Assembly (NCBI RefSeq): GCF_000186885.1
Contig: NC_014972.1
Location: forward strand, 720,001 to 752,000
Length of the DNA: 32,000 bases
Direction: 5' to 3'
From: Desulfobulbus propionicus DSM 2032
GTDB taxonomy: Bacteria; Desulfobacterota; Desulfobulbia; Desulfobulbales; Desulfobulbaceae
Part shown: piece by piece, positions 1 through 8,855 of the stretch
Position numbering within the stretch: the stretch's first letter is position 1
How the letters are laid out: each line of letters starts with the position of its first letter
Translations under genes and position numbers: made by a program
The notes under the pieces: model-generated
Seen by the model: the letters and a program-made list of their open reading frames with translations, nothing else
What the model was told of the DNA's origin: nothing
Databases searched by the model: none

Positions 1-215
1 TGAAGGTCGATGCGAACAACGGCGCGGCCCTGTTCAATCTGGCGGTGGTATGCGAGCGGGAGGGGAAAATGGCCGAGGCCGAGTCCCTCTACCGCAAGGT
101 GCTGGCCCTGCCGCCTCCTCCCGGAGAACAGGCCCAATCCGCGGGGGAAGACCCGTTGAAGGCGGCGGCCAAGACGGCGCTCAAACGTCTACAATCTGGG
201 GGCAAGGGAATCTGA
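1..215 (+). CDS. C-terminal fragment of a TPR-like repeat protein (5' end outside window)
   Basis: Frame open from the window edge (codons from nt 3) to TGA at 213-215. Translation ...NNGAALFNLAVVCEREGKMAEAESLYRKVLAL... resembles a TPR helical hairpin. The ORF-track ORF 50..235 in another frame is Gly/Arg/Pro-rich and looks spurious. Confidence 0.5.
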   Translation, partial: KVDANNGAALFNLAVVCEREGKMAEAESLYRKVLALPPPPGEQAQSAGEDPLKAAAKTALKRLQSGGKGI

Positions 216-274
216 GGTTCAAGAGGGGAGCGTGACGATGCGCACACACGATTCGGGCAGGAGAGGTGCCGACC

Positions 275-1966
275 ATGCGTCTCCTCGGTGAAATCCTTCA
301 GGAAACCTTCGGGGTGACGGCGGAAAGCATCGAGGCGGCCTTGGCGGTGCAGCGGGAAAAGGGGGGCCGCATCGGTGAGCTCCTCATCGGCCTGCGCAAG
401 ATCACCGAGGACGACCTGCTCAGCGCCCGCAGCCTGCAATGCGGCCTGGAGGTGGTCTACACCCTGCCCGCTGACCCCGACCCCTTTTTCGTTCAACGGG
501 TACCCATCGGTTTTTTGAAAAAATTCAAGATGATCCCGGTAGCCACCCCTGAGGCATCGTACATCGCCCTGGCCGAACCGTTTTATTTCCAACAGGTCGA
601 CGACCTGCAGCGGCTGCTGCAATGGGAGGGCATGCGGACCGTGCTGGCGCCGATGAACGAAATCTTCGTCGCCATCAACGCCGCCTACGACACCGCCCGT
701 CAAGACGTGGCTGACCGGGTGATGCAGGACATGGACGAGAGCGACCCGGAGTCCATTCTTTCCGAGATCGAGGAAACCGCCGACCTGCTCGACGACACCA
801 GCGACGCCCCGGTGATCAAGCTGGTCAACCTGGTCCTTTCCCAGGCGGTGCGCGATAACGCCAGCGATATCCATATCGAATCGTACAAGGACCGGGTCAA
901 GATCCGCAAACGGGTCGACGGTATCCTCTATGACATGTACTCGCCGCCTCGTCATGTGCAGAGCAAGCTGATTTCCCGCATCAAGATCATGGCCAAGATG
1001 GATATCGCCGAAAAACGGCTGCCGCAGGACGGGCGGATCGAGATCCGCATCGCCGACCGGAATATCGATATCCGGGTTTCAACCTTGCCGACTTCTTTTG
1101 GTGAACGGGTGGTGATGCGACTGCTCGACAAATCGAGCTCGCTGGTGCCGCTGGAGGAGCTGGGTCTGTCAAAAGAGGATCTCAACCATTTTCTGCGGCT
1201 GATCAAGGCCCCGCACGGCATCATCCTGGTGACCGGCCCCACCGGCAGCGGCAAGACCACCACCCTCTACTCCGCCCTGGGCATCCTCAACAGCCCGGAC
1301 ATCAACATCATCACCGTCGAGGATCCGATCGAGTACCAGATGAACGGCATCAGCCAGATGCAGGTCAACACCAAGATCGGACTGACCTTTGCCAGCGGCT
1401 TGCGCACCATTGTCCGCCAGGACCCGGATGTGATCCTGGTGGGCGAGATCCGCGATATCGAGACCGCCGAGATCGCCATTCAATCAGCCCTCACCGGCCA
1501 CTTGGTGTTTTCCACCCTGCACACCAACGACGCGGCCAGCGCCATCACCCGGCTGATCGACATGGGGGTGGAGCCGTTCCTGGTCTCCTCGGCGGTCAAT
1601 GCCATCATGGCTCAGCGGCTGGTGCGTAAGATCTGCCCCTACTGCCGGGAAGAATATGTCCCGTCCAACGCCTACTTGGAGCGGGTCGGGCTGTCGCCGA
1701 TCAAGTTCGCGGGGAAAAAGCTCTATCGGGGAGCCGGTTGCGCCCAATGCCTGCAAACCGGCTACAAGGGAAGGATCGGAATTTTTGAGCTGATGAGCCT
1801 GACCCCGGCGATGAAAAGCCTGATCCTCACCACCTCGGACGCAGGGCAGATCAAAAAGCAGGCGCTCAGCTCCTTGGCGACCGGCATGATGACCCTGCGG
1901 CAGGATGGCCTGCGCAAGGTGCTGGCCGGGCTGACCACCTTGGAGGAGGTCTTCCGCGTCACCTGA
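275..1966 (+). CDS. gspE: Type II secretion / type IV pilus assembly ATPase (GspE/PilB family)
   Basis: ORF 266..1966. Walker A GPTGSGKTTT, Walker B-like VILVGEIRD, His box LTGHLVFSTLHTN, tetracysteine CPYC...CAQC, T2SSE_N-like N-terminus. ATG at 275 preferred over GTG at 266 because AGGAGA at 258-263 is too close to 266. Confidence 0.9.
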   Translation: MRLLGEILQETFGVTAESIEAALAVQREKGGRIGELLIGLRKITEDDLLSARSLQCGLEVVYTLPADPDPFFVQRVPIGFLKKFKMIPVATPEASYIALAEPFYFQQVDDLQRLLQWEGMRTVLAPMNEIFVAINAAYDTARQDVADRVMQDMDESDPESILSEIEETADLLDDTSDAPVIKLVNLVLSQAVRDNASDIHIESYKDRVKIRKRVDGILYDMYSPPRHVQSKLISRIKIMAKMDIAEKRLPQDGRIEIRIADRNIDIRVSTLPTSFGERVVMRLLDKSSSLVPLEELGLSKEDLNHFLRLIKAPHGIILVTGPTGSGKTTTLYSALGILNSPDINIITVEDPIEYQMNGISQMQVNTKIGLTFASGLRTIVRQDPDVILVGEIRDIETAEIAIQSALTGHLVFSTLHTNDAASAITRLIDMGVEPFLVSSAVNAIMAQRLVRKICPYCREEYVPSNAYLERVGLSPIKFAGKKLYRGAGCAQCLQTGYKGRIGIFELMSLTPAMKSLILTTSDAGQIKKQALSSLATGMMTLRQDGLRKVLAGLTTLEEVFRVT

Positions 1967-3182
1967 TCAGCTGGTTCATTTCGAAGATGGGCAGGAGGAT
2001 CGACACCACGATAAAGCTGACCGCCACGCCCATGGAGAGGATCATCACCGGCTCGATCATCGAGGTCAGGGCCAGAATCTTGGCCTCCACCTCCTTCTCG
2101 TAGCTGTCCGCCGCCTTGGCCAGCATGGTGTCCAGGGTGCCGCTCTGTTCCCCCACGGCCATCATCTGCACCAGCATGGGCGGAAACCATTTACCCCCCT
2201 TGAAAAACTGGGACAGGCTCGCCCCTTTCTCCAGTTCGTCGCAGGCTTCGTTGATCTGTTCGGCCAGGACGACGTTGTCGACGATGTTTCTGACGATCTG
2301 CAGGGCCGTGATCAAAGGAACGCCGGACAGGAGCAGGCTGGCGAGGGTGCGGCTGAAACGGGCCGAGGCGGTTTTGATGCTCAGGTCGCGCACGCCCGGC
2401 AGGGTCAGCTTGAGGGTGTCCCAGCGCCGCCTGCCATCGGGGGTGGCGATGTACCAGCGCACAGCGGCGATGATGCCGCCGACCGCGAACAGCAGCGCCC
2501 ACCAGAACTGCTTGAGCACCGTGCTCAGGCCGATGAGCACAAGGGTCGGCAGGGGCAGGGCTTGCTGGGTGCCTTCAAAAACCGAGGTGATGCTCGGCAC
2601 GATGAAGGTGATGAGCAGAAACAGCACCACCACGCCGACCACGGCCATGAAGATCGGGTAGAGCAGGGCGGCCTTGACCCGGCTGCGGATGGCATGCTGG
2701 TTCTCGCCGAATTCCGCCAGCCGGTCAAGGACCACGTCGAGCGAGCCGGAGGCCTCGCCGGCACGGACCATGTTGATATAGATTTTGGAGAACAGGCGCG
2801 GGTGTTCCGCCAGGGCCGAGGTCAGGGCATTGCCCTCGTTCACCGCATCCTTGATTTGGGCGAGCACGGTTTTCAGCGAACGATTGGTGGTCTGCTCGAT
2901 CAGGCCGCTGAGCGCAGGCACCAGGGGAATGCCCGCCCCGAGCAGGGTGGCCAATTGCCGGGTGGCGATGTGGATTTCCTGCTGCCTGATGCTTTGCCCC
3001 AGCTGCCGCGAGAGCAGCGGGAGTCTGGAGCCCGCTGTTTTCGCGGTGGTTTCCCTGATCTCCACCGGATAGTTGCCCTGATTGCGAATCCGTTGCCGGG
3101 CAACGGTCAACGAATCCGCCTCGATGACGCCCTTGAGTTTTTTGCCGCTGGTCGTCAGGGCCGTGAATTCATAGACGGGCAT
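1959..3182 (-). CDS. gspF: Type II secretion / type IV pilus platform protein (GspF/PilC family)
   Basis: 407 aa. Canonical N-terminus MPVYEFTALTTSGKKLKGVIEADS, two repeated GspF-type domains (..LATLLGAGIPL.., ..LASLLLSGVPL..) with hydrophobic TM segments. The 3' end overlaps the gspE 3' end by 8 nt. Confidence 0.9.
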   Translation of the reverse strand: MPVYEFTALTTSGKKLKGVIEADSLTVARQRIRNQGNYPVEIRETTAKTAGSRLPLLSRQLGQSIRQQEIHIATRQLATLLGAGIPLVPALSGLIEQTTNRSLKTVLAQIKDAVNEGNALTSALAEHPRLFSKIYINMVRAGEASGSLDVVLDRLAEFGENQHAIRSRVKAALLYPIFMAVVGVVVLFLLITFIVPSITSVFEGTQQALPLPTLVLIGLSTVLKQFWWALLFAVGGIIAAVRWYIATPDGRRRWDTLKLTLPGVRDLSIKTASARFSRTLASLLLSGVPLITALQIVRNIVDNVVLAEQINEACDELEKGASLSQFFKGGKWFPPMLVQMMAVGEQSGTLDTMLAKAADSYEKEVEAKILALTSMIEPVMILSMGVAVSFIVVSILLPIFEMNQLIR

Positions 3183-3310
3183 GGCGGTCAGAAGGGGGAA
3201 AGGAGGCGGCGCACCGGAGTATCCATTGCGCCGACCGGGTGGTGTGTTTAATATAGGCGATCAAGTGGGCGCCCTCAGGAGGGACGCGAAACATCGTCAA
3301 GGGCCATGGC

Positions 3311-3820
3311 CTATTTCGTGCTGGATTCGGTTGTATTGTCCATGCAGTGCAGGATACAGGAAGCGCAGCTTTCCGGGGTGCGCCCTTCCCGGCAGTAGTT
3401 GGCAAAACCGCTGATCAGATCCTTGCCCCCGCGTGGACAGATGTCGAGAAACTTGATGAACTCGACCATCCGGTTGATGATTTGCGGCGGAGCGGTGTGT
3501 TCGATCTTGCAGGCGCCTTCCTCGGCCAGGGGTTCGTCGATGGCCAGGACATTGGTGAAAAATTGTTTGAGCGAATTGTGCCGGCGGATAACATCCTCGG
3601 CAATCACCCGTCCATCGTCGGTCAGCGTGATCACCTCGTAGGGTGCGTAGTTGATCAATCCTTTTTTGGACAGGGCCCGCAGGGCCTCGGTGACCGACGC
3701 GCCACTCACGGACAGCCGGGCGGAAATGTCTTTTCCCCTGGCGACCTGTTTTTCGCTGATGATATGATAAATGGCCTCGATATAGTCCTCAAGGCTGGCG
3801 CTGAGTTGTTGCGGTTCCAT
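3311..3820 (-). CDS. DtxR/MntR-family metal-dependent transcriptional regulator with Cys-rich C-terminal tail
   Basis: LEDYIEAIYHIISEKQVARGKDISARLSVSGASVTEALRALSKKGLI...RRHNSLKQFF...EEGACKIEH aligns by eye with B. subtilis MntR (MEDYIEQIY...YRHELLEQFL...GIEHH). Start at ATG 3820 is preferred (GGAGGA 8 nt upstream on the minus strand). The ORF track extends to 3853. Confidence 0.85.
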   Translation of the reverse strand: MEPQQLSASLEDYIEAIYHIISEKQVARGKDISARLSVSGASVTEALRALSKKGLINYAPYEVITLTDDGRVIAEDVIRRHNSLKQFFTNVLAIDEPLAEEGACKIEHTAPPQIINRMVEFIKFLDICPRGGKDLISGFANYCREGRTPESCASCILHCMDNTTESSTK

Positions 3821-3851
3821 TGTCCCGTTCCTCCGGACTGTTGAATTTTGC

Positions 3852-3873
3852 ATGTATCTTCAATACGATACAT
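3852..3873. promoter_or_regulatory. Perfect inverted repeat ATGTATC-N8-GATACAT in the divergent regulator/recN intergenic region; candidate operator
   Basis: Read directly: ATGTATC at 3852-3858 and GATACAT at 3867-3873, with nested GTAT-N5-ATAC. AT-rich patch between two divergent genes, one a DtxR/MntR regulator and the other an SOS-type gene. Confidence 0.35.
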
Positions 3874-3940
3874 TTTTACCCCTTAGGCGTCAAGGAGAAT
3901 GTCGTCTGTGTTCTCTCGCCCTTTTTGCCATGAAAGAACC

Positions 3941-5635
3941 ATGTTGCAGGAACTTCGAGTACATAATCTGGCCCTGATCGACGCGCTTCATTTGGATCTC
4001 TCGGCACAGAAAACCGGTTTGATCGTGCTCACCGGCGAGACCGGAGCCGGCAAGTCGATCATCCTCCAGGCGATCAATCTGCTGACCGGCGGCCGGGGAA
4101 CAGCCTCCTGGGTGCGCAGCGACTGTGACCAGGCGGGGATCGAGGCCATCTTTGCCATCCGGCCGGATCATGCCGAGCTCAATACCCTGCTCAGCGAGCA
4201 GGCGCTCAAGGAGGGGACCACCTGTATCGTTCGCCGTATCCTCACCCGCGAAGGACGATCCAAGGTCTATGTCAACGATCAGCCGGTCACCACCCGCCTG
4301 GCCGGCGAGCTGACCGCCGGATTAATCAACATCGCCAGCCAGCACGACCACCAGCAGCTGCTCAACAGCCGCAATCATCTCGACTACCTCGATGCCTACG
4401 GCGAACTGCGAGGGCTGCGGCAGCAGTTTTGGCGGCTGTTTCAACGCTGGCAACAGGCTTCGTCCGAATTGCGGCAGTTGCAGGAAAAGGAGCAGGACAA
4501 GGAACAGCAGCGCGATTTTCTCCGTTTTCAGCTTGAGGAGATCCGCAAGTGCAAGCCGCTGGCGGGAGAGGACGAGCAGCTGCGGCGGGAACGGGAGCAG
4601 TTGAAGGCCTCGGATGCCCTGTTGCGGCTGATCGGCGACAGCAGCCGGCTGCTGTCCGGGCGGGTCACCGATGCCCTGGTCGAAGGCCGCAAGAATTTGG
4701 AGCAGGCTGCAACCCTTGATCCCGCGCTGGCGCCGCTGGCCGAGCGGATGGGGTCCGCCGGTTTCGAACTGGAGGATCTGGCGGCGGCCCTGGAGAAATA
4801 CCTCGACCAAATCCCCGTGGAACCGGCGCGGCTGGAGCAGATCTCCGGTCGGCTGGCGGAACTCAAGCAACTGCAGCGCAAATACGGGCCCACCCTTGAG
4901 GAGGTGATCGCCTTTGCCGAGCGGGCCGAAACGCGGCTTGCCCTGCTGGAGAGCCTTGACGAGGAGATCGTCCAGGCGGAACTGCGGCTGGAGGAGATTT
5001 CCACCGAGGCCCTGCTCCGGGCCACCGAGTTGACCCAGGCCCGCCGGGAAGCGGCCAAGAAACTGGAGGCCGGCATGGAACGGGAGCTGGCCTCGCTCAG
5101 TTTTCCCCAGGCGGTCTTCCGGGTGGCCATCACCGCGCCGGGCGGGTTGGGTATGGACGGCATCCACAGCACCGGCAGGGACAACGTGGAATTCCTCTTT
5201 TCCGCCAACCCCGGCGAGCCGCCCAAGCCGCTGGCCAAGATCGTTTCCGGCGGCGAATTGTCGCGGTTGATGCTGGCGATGAAATGTCTGCTGGCCCGGC
5301 GCGACCAGGTGGACACGGTTATTTTCGACGAGGTCGATGCCGGCATCGGCGGCCAGGCCGCCGAGTCGGTGGCGGAAAAGATCGGCGAATTGGCGGGGCA
5401 CCATCAGGTGTTGTGCATCACCCACCTGCCGCAGATCGCCGCCTGGGCCGATCTCCATTTCAAGGTGGAAAAGCAGGTGGAGAATGGCCGCACCCGCACG
5501 GTGATCAACCTGCTCGCCAAGGAGGAACGCATCGGTGAATTGGCGCGGATGCTCGGCGGCGAACATCCCACCGCCCAGACCCTGGCCTTTGCCGGCGAAC
5601 TGATTGAGCGGCGGAGTGCGAGAAGATCGGCATGA
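3941..5635 (+). CDS. recN: DNA repair protein RecN (SMC-like ATPase)
   Basis: MLQELRVHNLALIDALHLDLS...LTGETGAGKSIILQAINLL (Walker A), long coiled-coil middle, SGGELSRLMLA signature and VIFDEVDAGIGG Walker B. ATG at 3941 gives the canonical RecN N-terminus. The ORF track starts at 3899. Confidence 0.93.
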   Translation: MLQELRVHNLALIDALHLDLSAQKTGLIVLTGETGAGKSIILQAINLLTGGRGTASWVRSDCDQAGIEAIFAIRPDHAELNTLLSEQALKEGTTCIVRRILTREGRSKVYVNDQPVTTRLAGELTAGLINIASQHDHQQLLNSRNHLDYLDAYGELRGLRQQFWRLFQRWQQASSELRQLQEKEQDKEQQRDFLRFQLEEIRKCKPLAGEDEQLRREREQLKASDALLRLIGDSSRLLSGRVTDALVEGRKNLEQAATLDPALAPLAERMGSAGFELEDLAAALEKYLDQIPVEPARLEQISGRLAELKQLQRKYGPTLEEVIAFAERAETRLALLESLDEEIVQAELRLEEISTEALLRATELTQARREAAKKLEAGMERELASLSFPQAVFRVAITAPGGLGMDGIHSTGRDNVEFLFSANPGEPPKPLAKIVSGGELSRLMLAMKCLLARRDQVDTVIFDEVDAGIGGQAAESVAEKIGELAGHHQVLCITHLPQIAAWADLHFKVEKQVENGRTRTVINLLAKEERIGELARMLGGEHPTAQTLAFAGELIERRSARRSA

Positions 5636-6675
5636 GCAAGCGTCTGGCGTTGGGGCTGTTTTCCGGCGGGTTGGATTCGATCCTCGCCTGCCGGGTGGTG
5701 GCCGATCAGGGCATACGGGTGGTGGCCCTGAAATTCGTCACCCCCTTTTTTGATCACGACCTTCTTGGCCAGCAGGAGGCCTATGCCCGTGCCATGCGGG
5801 AACAATACGGTCTGGATGTCCAGGTGGTCGATATCAGCGAGGGCTATCTGCGGTTGCTGGAAAATCCGGCCCACGGGTTTGGCAAGCATTTCAACCCCTG
5901 CATTGACTGCAAGATTTTGATGCTGCGCCGCGCCCGCGAGCTGATGGGCGTTTACGGCGCCTCCTTTTTGATCACCGGTGAGGTTCTGGGGCAGCGGCCG
6001 ATGTCGCAGCGGCGCGATACCCTGCGGGTCATTGAGCGCGATTCCGGCTGCGGTGGCCTGTTGTTGCGCCCTTTGTCCGCCAAATTGATGGAGCCTACCC
6101 AGGCGGAACTGGAAGGATGGGTGGACAGGGAGCGGCTGTTCGATTTTTCCGGCCGGGGAAGACGCCAGCAGAAACAGCTGGCCGCCCAACTGGGGATCAC
6201 CGACTACCCGACGCCGGCGGGAGGCTGCATGCTTACCGACCCCAACCTGGCCGCGCGCATCAAGCATTTTTACCACGGACTCTTCTCCTTTGGCGAACAG
6301 CGGGCGGTGGACGATGTACGGTTGCTGGTCGTTGGCCGCCAGTTCAAACTCGACGAGAACCTATGGTTCATCGTTGGCCGCGATGAACGCGATAATAACC
6401 GCCTTGAAGCTCTGCGCAGCCCGGATGATTGGCTGGTGCGCATGACCACCCGGCCAGGGCCGGTGGGGATTTTGCGCCATGGCCGGCACCAAGTGACCGC
6501 TGGCGGCCAGGAGGAACTGATCCGCCGGCTGGCCGGCATCGTGGTCCGGTACGGCAAAAAAATCCCGGATGGACCCGCGGAGGCGGACGTGATGATTGAC
6601 ATGGGGGAAGAAATCGTTCGTGGCCGGTTTGGTCCTTGGGCGAATGATGCCGACCTCCAATCGTGGCGGATCTGA
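5632..6675 (+). CDS. ThiI-like PP-loop ATP pyrophosphatase without THUMP domain (putative tRNA/cofactor sulfurtransferase)
   Basis: PP-loop SGGLDS near the N-terminus. NPCIDCKILMLRRARELMG..FLITGEVLGQRPMSQ resembles the ThiI adenylation domain. ATGA overlap with the recN stop. Confidence 0.6.
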   Translation: MSKRLALGLFSGGLDSILACRVVADQGIRVVALKFVTPFFDHDLLGQQEAYARAMREQYGLDVQVVDISEGYLRLLENPAHGFGKHFNPCIDCKILMLRRARELMGVYGASFLITGEVLGQRPMSQRRDTLRVIERDSGCGGLLLRPLSAKLMEPTQAELEGWVDRERLFDFSGRGRRQQKQLAAQLGITDYPTPAGGCMLTDPNLAARIKHFYHGLFSFGEQRAVDDVRLLVVGRQFKLDENLWFIVGRDERDNNRLEALRSPDDWLVRMTTRPGPVGILRHGRHQVTAGGQEELIRRLAGIVVRYGKKIPDGPAEADVMIDMGEEIVRGRFGPWANDADLQSWRI

Positions 6676-6678
6676 ACC

Positions 6679-8205
6679 ATGCGGACCACGGCAGGGCATG
6701 TGGACAAGGAGGCGGTGTTTGCTCTCCTACCCCATTGGCTACGGAGGCATCTGGCCGATCTTTCTCGGCAAATGGGCGGCGAGCTCTATCTGGCCGGCGG
6801 GGTGGTACGTGATCTGCTGCGTGGCAGCGTGCCCCAGGATATCGACCTCGCCGTGGACAGCGGCGCGCGCATTTGGGCCGGCAAGCTGGCCGTCCTGACC
6901 GGTGGAACCTATGTGGCGCTGGGGCGGGACGAGGATGCGGCACGGGTGGTCAGCCGGAAGCGAATCGTCGATTTTGCCTCGTTCCGTCAAGGGGCCCGGA
7001 CGATTGCCGAGGAGTTGGTCCGCCGCGATCTGACCGTCAACGCCATGGCCATCCGGCTCGATCCGTTGCTGCGCCTTCCGGAGGCCGATGGCCCCTCGGA
7101 GGTGCCGCTGCTGGATCCCACCGGCGGTCGCGATGACCTGGAGCAAGGCCTGATTCGTGTGGCCAGCAGGGAGAGTTTCACCAGCGATCCGCTGCGGCTG
7201 CTGCGGGTTTTTCGTTTCGCCGCCACCCTCGGTTTTGCCGTCGAAGCCGGCACCCTGGAGTTGATCCGCCGCCAGCGCGCCCTCTTGGCCCTGTCGGCGC
7301 CGGAGCGGGTGGCCCATGAGTTGGATCTGATCATGGCCACGGACAACAGCCATGCCGTTTTTGTCCAGATGGCCGACATCGGCCTGTTGTGGGAGATCCT
7401 TCCCGAGCTGAAGGCCGGAATCGGCATGGAGCAGCCCAGAAGCCATCACCTTGATGTCTGGCAGCATAATCTGGAAACGCTGCGGTGGATGGAGCAGATT
7501 CTGCAAGCCCCGGAACAGTGGCTCGCCGAAGGAGGCGAGCGGCTGATGACCTATCTCCGGTCGCCGCAGCAGTGCCGGCGGCTGCGGTGGGCGGCCTTGC
7601 TGCATGACCTGGGCAAGCCGGCAACCCATGCGGTGCGGGCGGACAAGGGGGATCGCATCACCTTTTACAATCATGATCGGGTGGGGGCGGAGCTTTTCCG
7701 GGAAGTGGCCCTTCGCTTGCGCTGGAGCGGCGAGGACCGGGAGCGGGTCGCCCATTTGATCGAGGGCCACATGCACCCCTTTCATTTGGCCAACGTGGCT
7801 CGTGACGGCAAGCTGACCCTGCGGGCCTCGATCCGGATGGTCCGCAAGGCCGGCACGGATCTGCCCGGTCTTTTTCTCCTCGCCCTGGCCGACAGCCTTG
7901 CCGGCCAGGGCGAGGAGCGGATCGAGGGCATGGAAGCGGAATTAGCCGGGCTGTATCGCCGGCTGGAACAGGTTCGAGTCGAGCATGTCGAGCCGGTGCA
8001 GACAGCGCCGCCGCTGCTCACGGGCCGGGATCTGATCGAAGGTCTGGGGCTGCGGCCCGGGCCGATGTTCAAACGGATCCTCGGTGCGGTGGAAGAGGCG
8101 CGGATGGAGGGTCGGTTGACCGATACGGACGAGGCCCTGCAGTTGGCCAGGGAAATGGCTGCCGGTCCATTGGCCCGGGCGGCACAGGACAGAGGGAAGA
8201 GCTGA
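6679..8205 (+). CDS. cca: CCA-adding tRNA nucleotidyltransferase / poly(A) polymerase family with HD domain
   Basis: LYLAGGVVRDLLRG...DIDLAV nucleotidyltransferase motif, RRDLTVNAMA, SFTSDPLRLLRVFRFA, HD domain HHLDVW...LLHDLGKP. The exact start is uncertain. Confidence 0.85.
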   Translation: MRTTAGHVDKEAVFALLPHWLRRHLADLSRQMGGELYLAGGVVRDLLRGSVPQDIDLAVDSGARIWAGKLAVLTGGTYVALGRDEDAARVVSRKRIVDFASFRQGARTIAEELVRRDLTVNAMAIRLDPLLRLPEADGPSEVPLLDPTGGRDDLEQGLIRVASRESFTSDPLRLLRVFRFAATLGFAVEAGTLELIRRQRALLALSAPERVAHELDLIMATDNSHAVFVQMADIGLLWEILPELKAGIGMEQPRSHHLDVWQHNLETLRWMEQILQAPEQWLAEGGERLMTYLRSPQQCRRLRWAALLHDLGKPATHAVRADKGDRITFYNHDRVGAELFREVALRLRWSGEDRERVAHLIEGHMHPFHLANVARDGKLTLRASIRMVRKAGTDLPGLFLLALADSLAGQGEERIEGMEAELAGLYRRLEQVRVEHVEPVQTAPPLLTGRDLIEGLGLRPGPMFKRILGAVEEARMEGRLTDTDEALQLAREMAAGPLARAAQDRGKS

Positions 8206-8807
8206 TGCGCAAAGAGCAGGACTATTATTTCAAAAAGGCGAAGAAAGACAACTATCCGGCCCGCTCGGTCTATAAGCTGGAAGAGGCGCAGCTGAAATAC
8301 AAATTCTTGAAAGGCGGCCAACGGGTGCTGGATCTCGGCTGCCATCCCGGAAGCTGGAGCCTGTACACGGCCGGCATCGTCGGCGAGAAGGGGACGGTGG
8401 TGGCCGCTGACCTCCAGCGGACCGAAATCCTGACGCAAAAACCCCATGCCGAAATCCATTGGCTCTGTTATGATGTGTTTTCTGAGGAATTCGTCGATTA
8501 TCTCAAACAGCACTGGCCGGGCTTCCATGTGGTGCTGAGCGACATGGCGCCGCGAACCACGGGCAGTCAGTATGCCGATCACCAGCAATCACTGCTGCTG
8601 GCACGGCGCGTTCTCGAGTTGTCCGTGCTTTTCCTGCATGAAAACGGCACCCTTTATTGCAAGGTCTTCCAAGGTGAAGATTTTCCTGCGTTTCTCCAGG
8701 AATGCAAACCGTTGTTTGCCACTGTCAAGGTGATGAAACCCAAAAGTTCACGCCTGGAAAGCCGGGAAGTGTTCGTGCTGGGTCGAGGATTTCGGCGGAC
8801 ACGATAA
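8205..8807 (+). CDS. rlmE: 23S rRNA (U2552 2'-O)-methyltransferase RlmE/FtsJ
   Basis: YYFKKAKKDNYPARSVYKLEE...VLDLGCHPGSWS...VLSDMAP...KVFQGEDF...KPKSSRLESREVFVL aligns by eye along the full length of E. coli RlmE. The start overlaps the cca stop by 1 nt. Confidence 0.9.
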   Translation: MRKEQDYYFKKAKKDNYPARSVYKLEEAQLKYKFLKGGQRVLDLGCHPGSWSLYTAGIVGEKGTVVAADLQRTEILTQKPHAEIHWLCYDVFSEEFVDYLKQHWPGFHVVLSDMAPRTTGSQYADHQQSLLLARRVLELSVLFLHENGTLYCKVFQGEDFPAFLQECKPLFATVKVMKPKSSRLESREVFVLGRGFRRTR

Positions 8808-8826
8808 TTAGAGTAGAAAAACACGA

Positions 8827-8835
8827 TGTTATAAT
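8827..8835 (+). promoter_or_regulatory. Candidate extended -10 promoter (TGTTATAAT) for yebC-ruvCAB
   Basis: TGnTATAAT match at 8827-8835 in the 48-nt gap before yebC. No good -35. It would give a very short leader containing AAAGGAG (8842-8848). Confidence 0.35.
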
Positions 8836-8855
8836 TTGATTAAAGGAGTCGGACC

